64,000 bases of DNA from Bugula neritina (lineage: Eukaryota; Animalia; Bryozoa). The stretch is taken from positions 6,432,889 through 6,496,888 of the forward strand of contig OZ037772.1 in NCBI GenBank assembly GCA_964035545.1, given 5' to 3'. A program made the translations under genes and the position numbers. The notes beneath the pieces are model-generated. The model saw only the letters and a list, made by a program, of their open reading frames with translations, searched no databases and was not told the DNA's origin. Shown piece after piece: positions 62,295 to 64,000 of the stretch; the first letter of the stretch is position 1, and each line of letters starts with the position of its first letter.

Positions 62295-64000
62295 CTACAA
62301 ATACACATCATAAACTACTGTTATATAATATAATGCTACATGTGTAAGTTGCATATGCTAGAAGCAGCACAAAGTTGATAGTCACTGTGTGCAGTGGTTT
62401 GGGGGTCTTGTGTTTGGAGTTGGGGTCAACACTCCATGAATTCCAACTCCAACAGTGTGACAGTGAACTACTGCAGCACTCAGTGACCACCAGATTTGTG
62501 CTGCTTCTAGCAGCTTTTATATGTGCCAATATAAGAATCTTCAGTTAGCATAGCTACTTTAGCATCTTTTACAGCTGAGTGTGACTTTGTTAAGATAATG
62601 TATGATGCAAAAGAGTGGAATACCAACATTGTAGATGATGAAAAGTTTACAAATTATGTGCAATACACAGAAATTATTTTGTCATAAATTAATTTAATCT
62701 TAAAACATGCTTTATCAAACATTAGGCTGCAGTTTGCAAGTGTTTTTCTCGTAATGCTTAAACTGAATTGTGGGTAGAGCCAGAGAATGGTCTATTTAAA
62801 AAGCATTGAAAAATTTAGCTTTCTGTTTGAGATTAACTCATCAGTATGCCAAATTCAACTCCACATTTCAGTGGCAATATTTTTTCATGAATGTGTTTCA
62901 TATACTTTAGATTATAAACTAAATGAGTTGATAACTATAACATTTTATTGGGGGGGGGGGGGAAGCTTAACACTGATGTTCACTGCTAAGTCAGCCGGAG
63001 TTTAAGTTTATTAATCTTTTGCTCTCTTTGAACTCAATTTCAAGCTTTACTTGATACACATTCAGAACTATACAGACTCCTTCTAGAAGCATCCGTCGTA
63101 TATCATTAGGTATTGCAGTATCTGTGTGCTAATTATTCTCTTGTTATGTGTATATTAATCAATAAAACAATAATAGTTGCCATTTTCAATTGATAGTGCG
63201 ACATTTGTTATGACTACACAAACAGATACTCAAACAGGCAATAAAATACAGGCACTCTTATCAGGGCAGCCTAGTCTGAGAAATAACACCTGCTGTTGCT
63301 AAGAAAAAATAATTATTTTGTATTTTTCTTGTAAAATGACAAAAGTTTTTAAATGTTATTGCCCTCATTGAAAAACCTGGTGTAATTAAAGCGTAATTGA
63401 TATTTTTGTTGACATAACTTTGCTGCTTGAGAATAAATGAAAATGAAGAAAATTAACTGCTTAAATTTCTCTTTGATTCTCTCCCCCTAAACCTTCCAAA
63501 CTCTCAAGCTAAATGTTTGATTCATCCTCCCAATATCCAAAGTCAATTATTAGTTGCAGTTGACTGTTTCATGTTGAAGCATTAAAACGCTACTATATAT
63601 AAGTTGATGTCCAACAGTGATAAAAAGGTGGCAGCATGTGGTGCTTTAGCTGTCTCAGTTGCAGTCAACTTTATCATATATGAGTAACAATTGTAACTTA
63701 ATAACACTGGAGGCAATAAATATAACATTGCATATTACTGCTTAAATATATCACCTAGCTGTCAACTGGCAGAATTTTATGTCATCAGGCAGCTTGAAAT
63801 TTATTGAATTTCCCTAGCTTGCTATTTTTACTGAGAAAGAAAAGTTATTTGTCGTCGCACTGCAGAAGACTTTGAGAGCACATGTTAATAAGTCAATAAG
63901 TTCAACATCATCTTGTCACGGTGCATAAACATATAGATTCAAAGAGTTATGACTGTATGTACAAATTTAAATCTTAGTCATTAGTTGGCAATCACTTTGA

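Overview
AT-rich, intron-rich animal (invertebrate-like) genomic DNA, not prokaryotic. I assembled the gene models by hand from GT-AG junctions, reading-frame phase and paralogue alignment. All host genes are on the minus strand. (1) Two tandem paralogues encode a secreted protein with a signal peptide, two PAN/apple domains and an F-type lectin (FTP) domain. Copy 1 (314-2885) is open; copy 2 (8099-11262) has two +2 frameshifts. Between them lies a 5'-truncated Ty3/Gypsy element (RT-RNaseH-IN plus 3' LTR, 2943-7304). (2) Two tandem IL-17-receptor-like genes encode FN3-like ectodomain, TM and a SEFIR/TIR-like domain. The short one (12654-23003, 14 coding exons, 682 aa) has one FN3-like domain; the long one (30713-54658, 20 coding exons, 913 aa) has three. 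They share an abbreviated SEFIR and a conserved ...IYHF C-terminus. (3) The last four exons of CFAP77 (59587-62294). Introns carry a tRNA-derived SINE family, several MITEs (some nested in SINEs), an RTE fragment, minisatellites, and a 3.5-kb fold-back ISL2EU/Harbinger-type transposon with ~870-bp inverted arms inside the first coding intron of the long receptor. The best candidate for a new system is the divergent IL-17R-like pair (long three-domain versus short one-domain form, with kappaB- and ISRE-like upstream motifs) next to atypical PAN-F-type lectins. Family assignments rest on recalled motif similarity; no database search was run.
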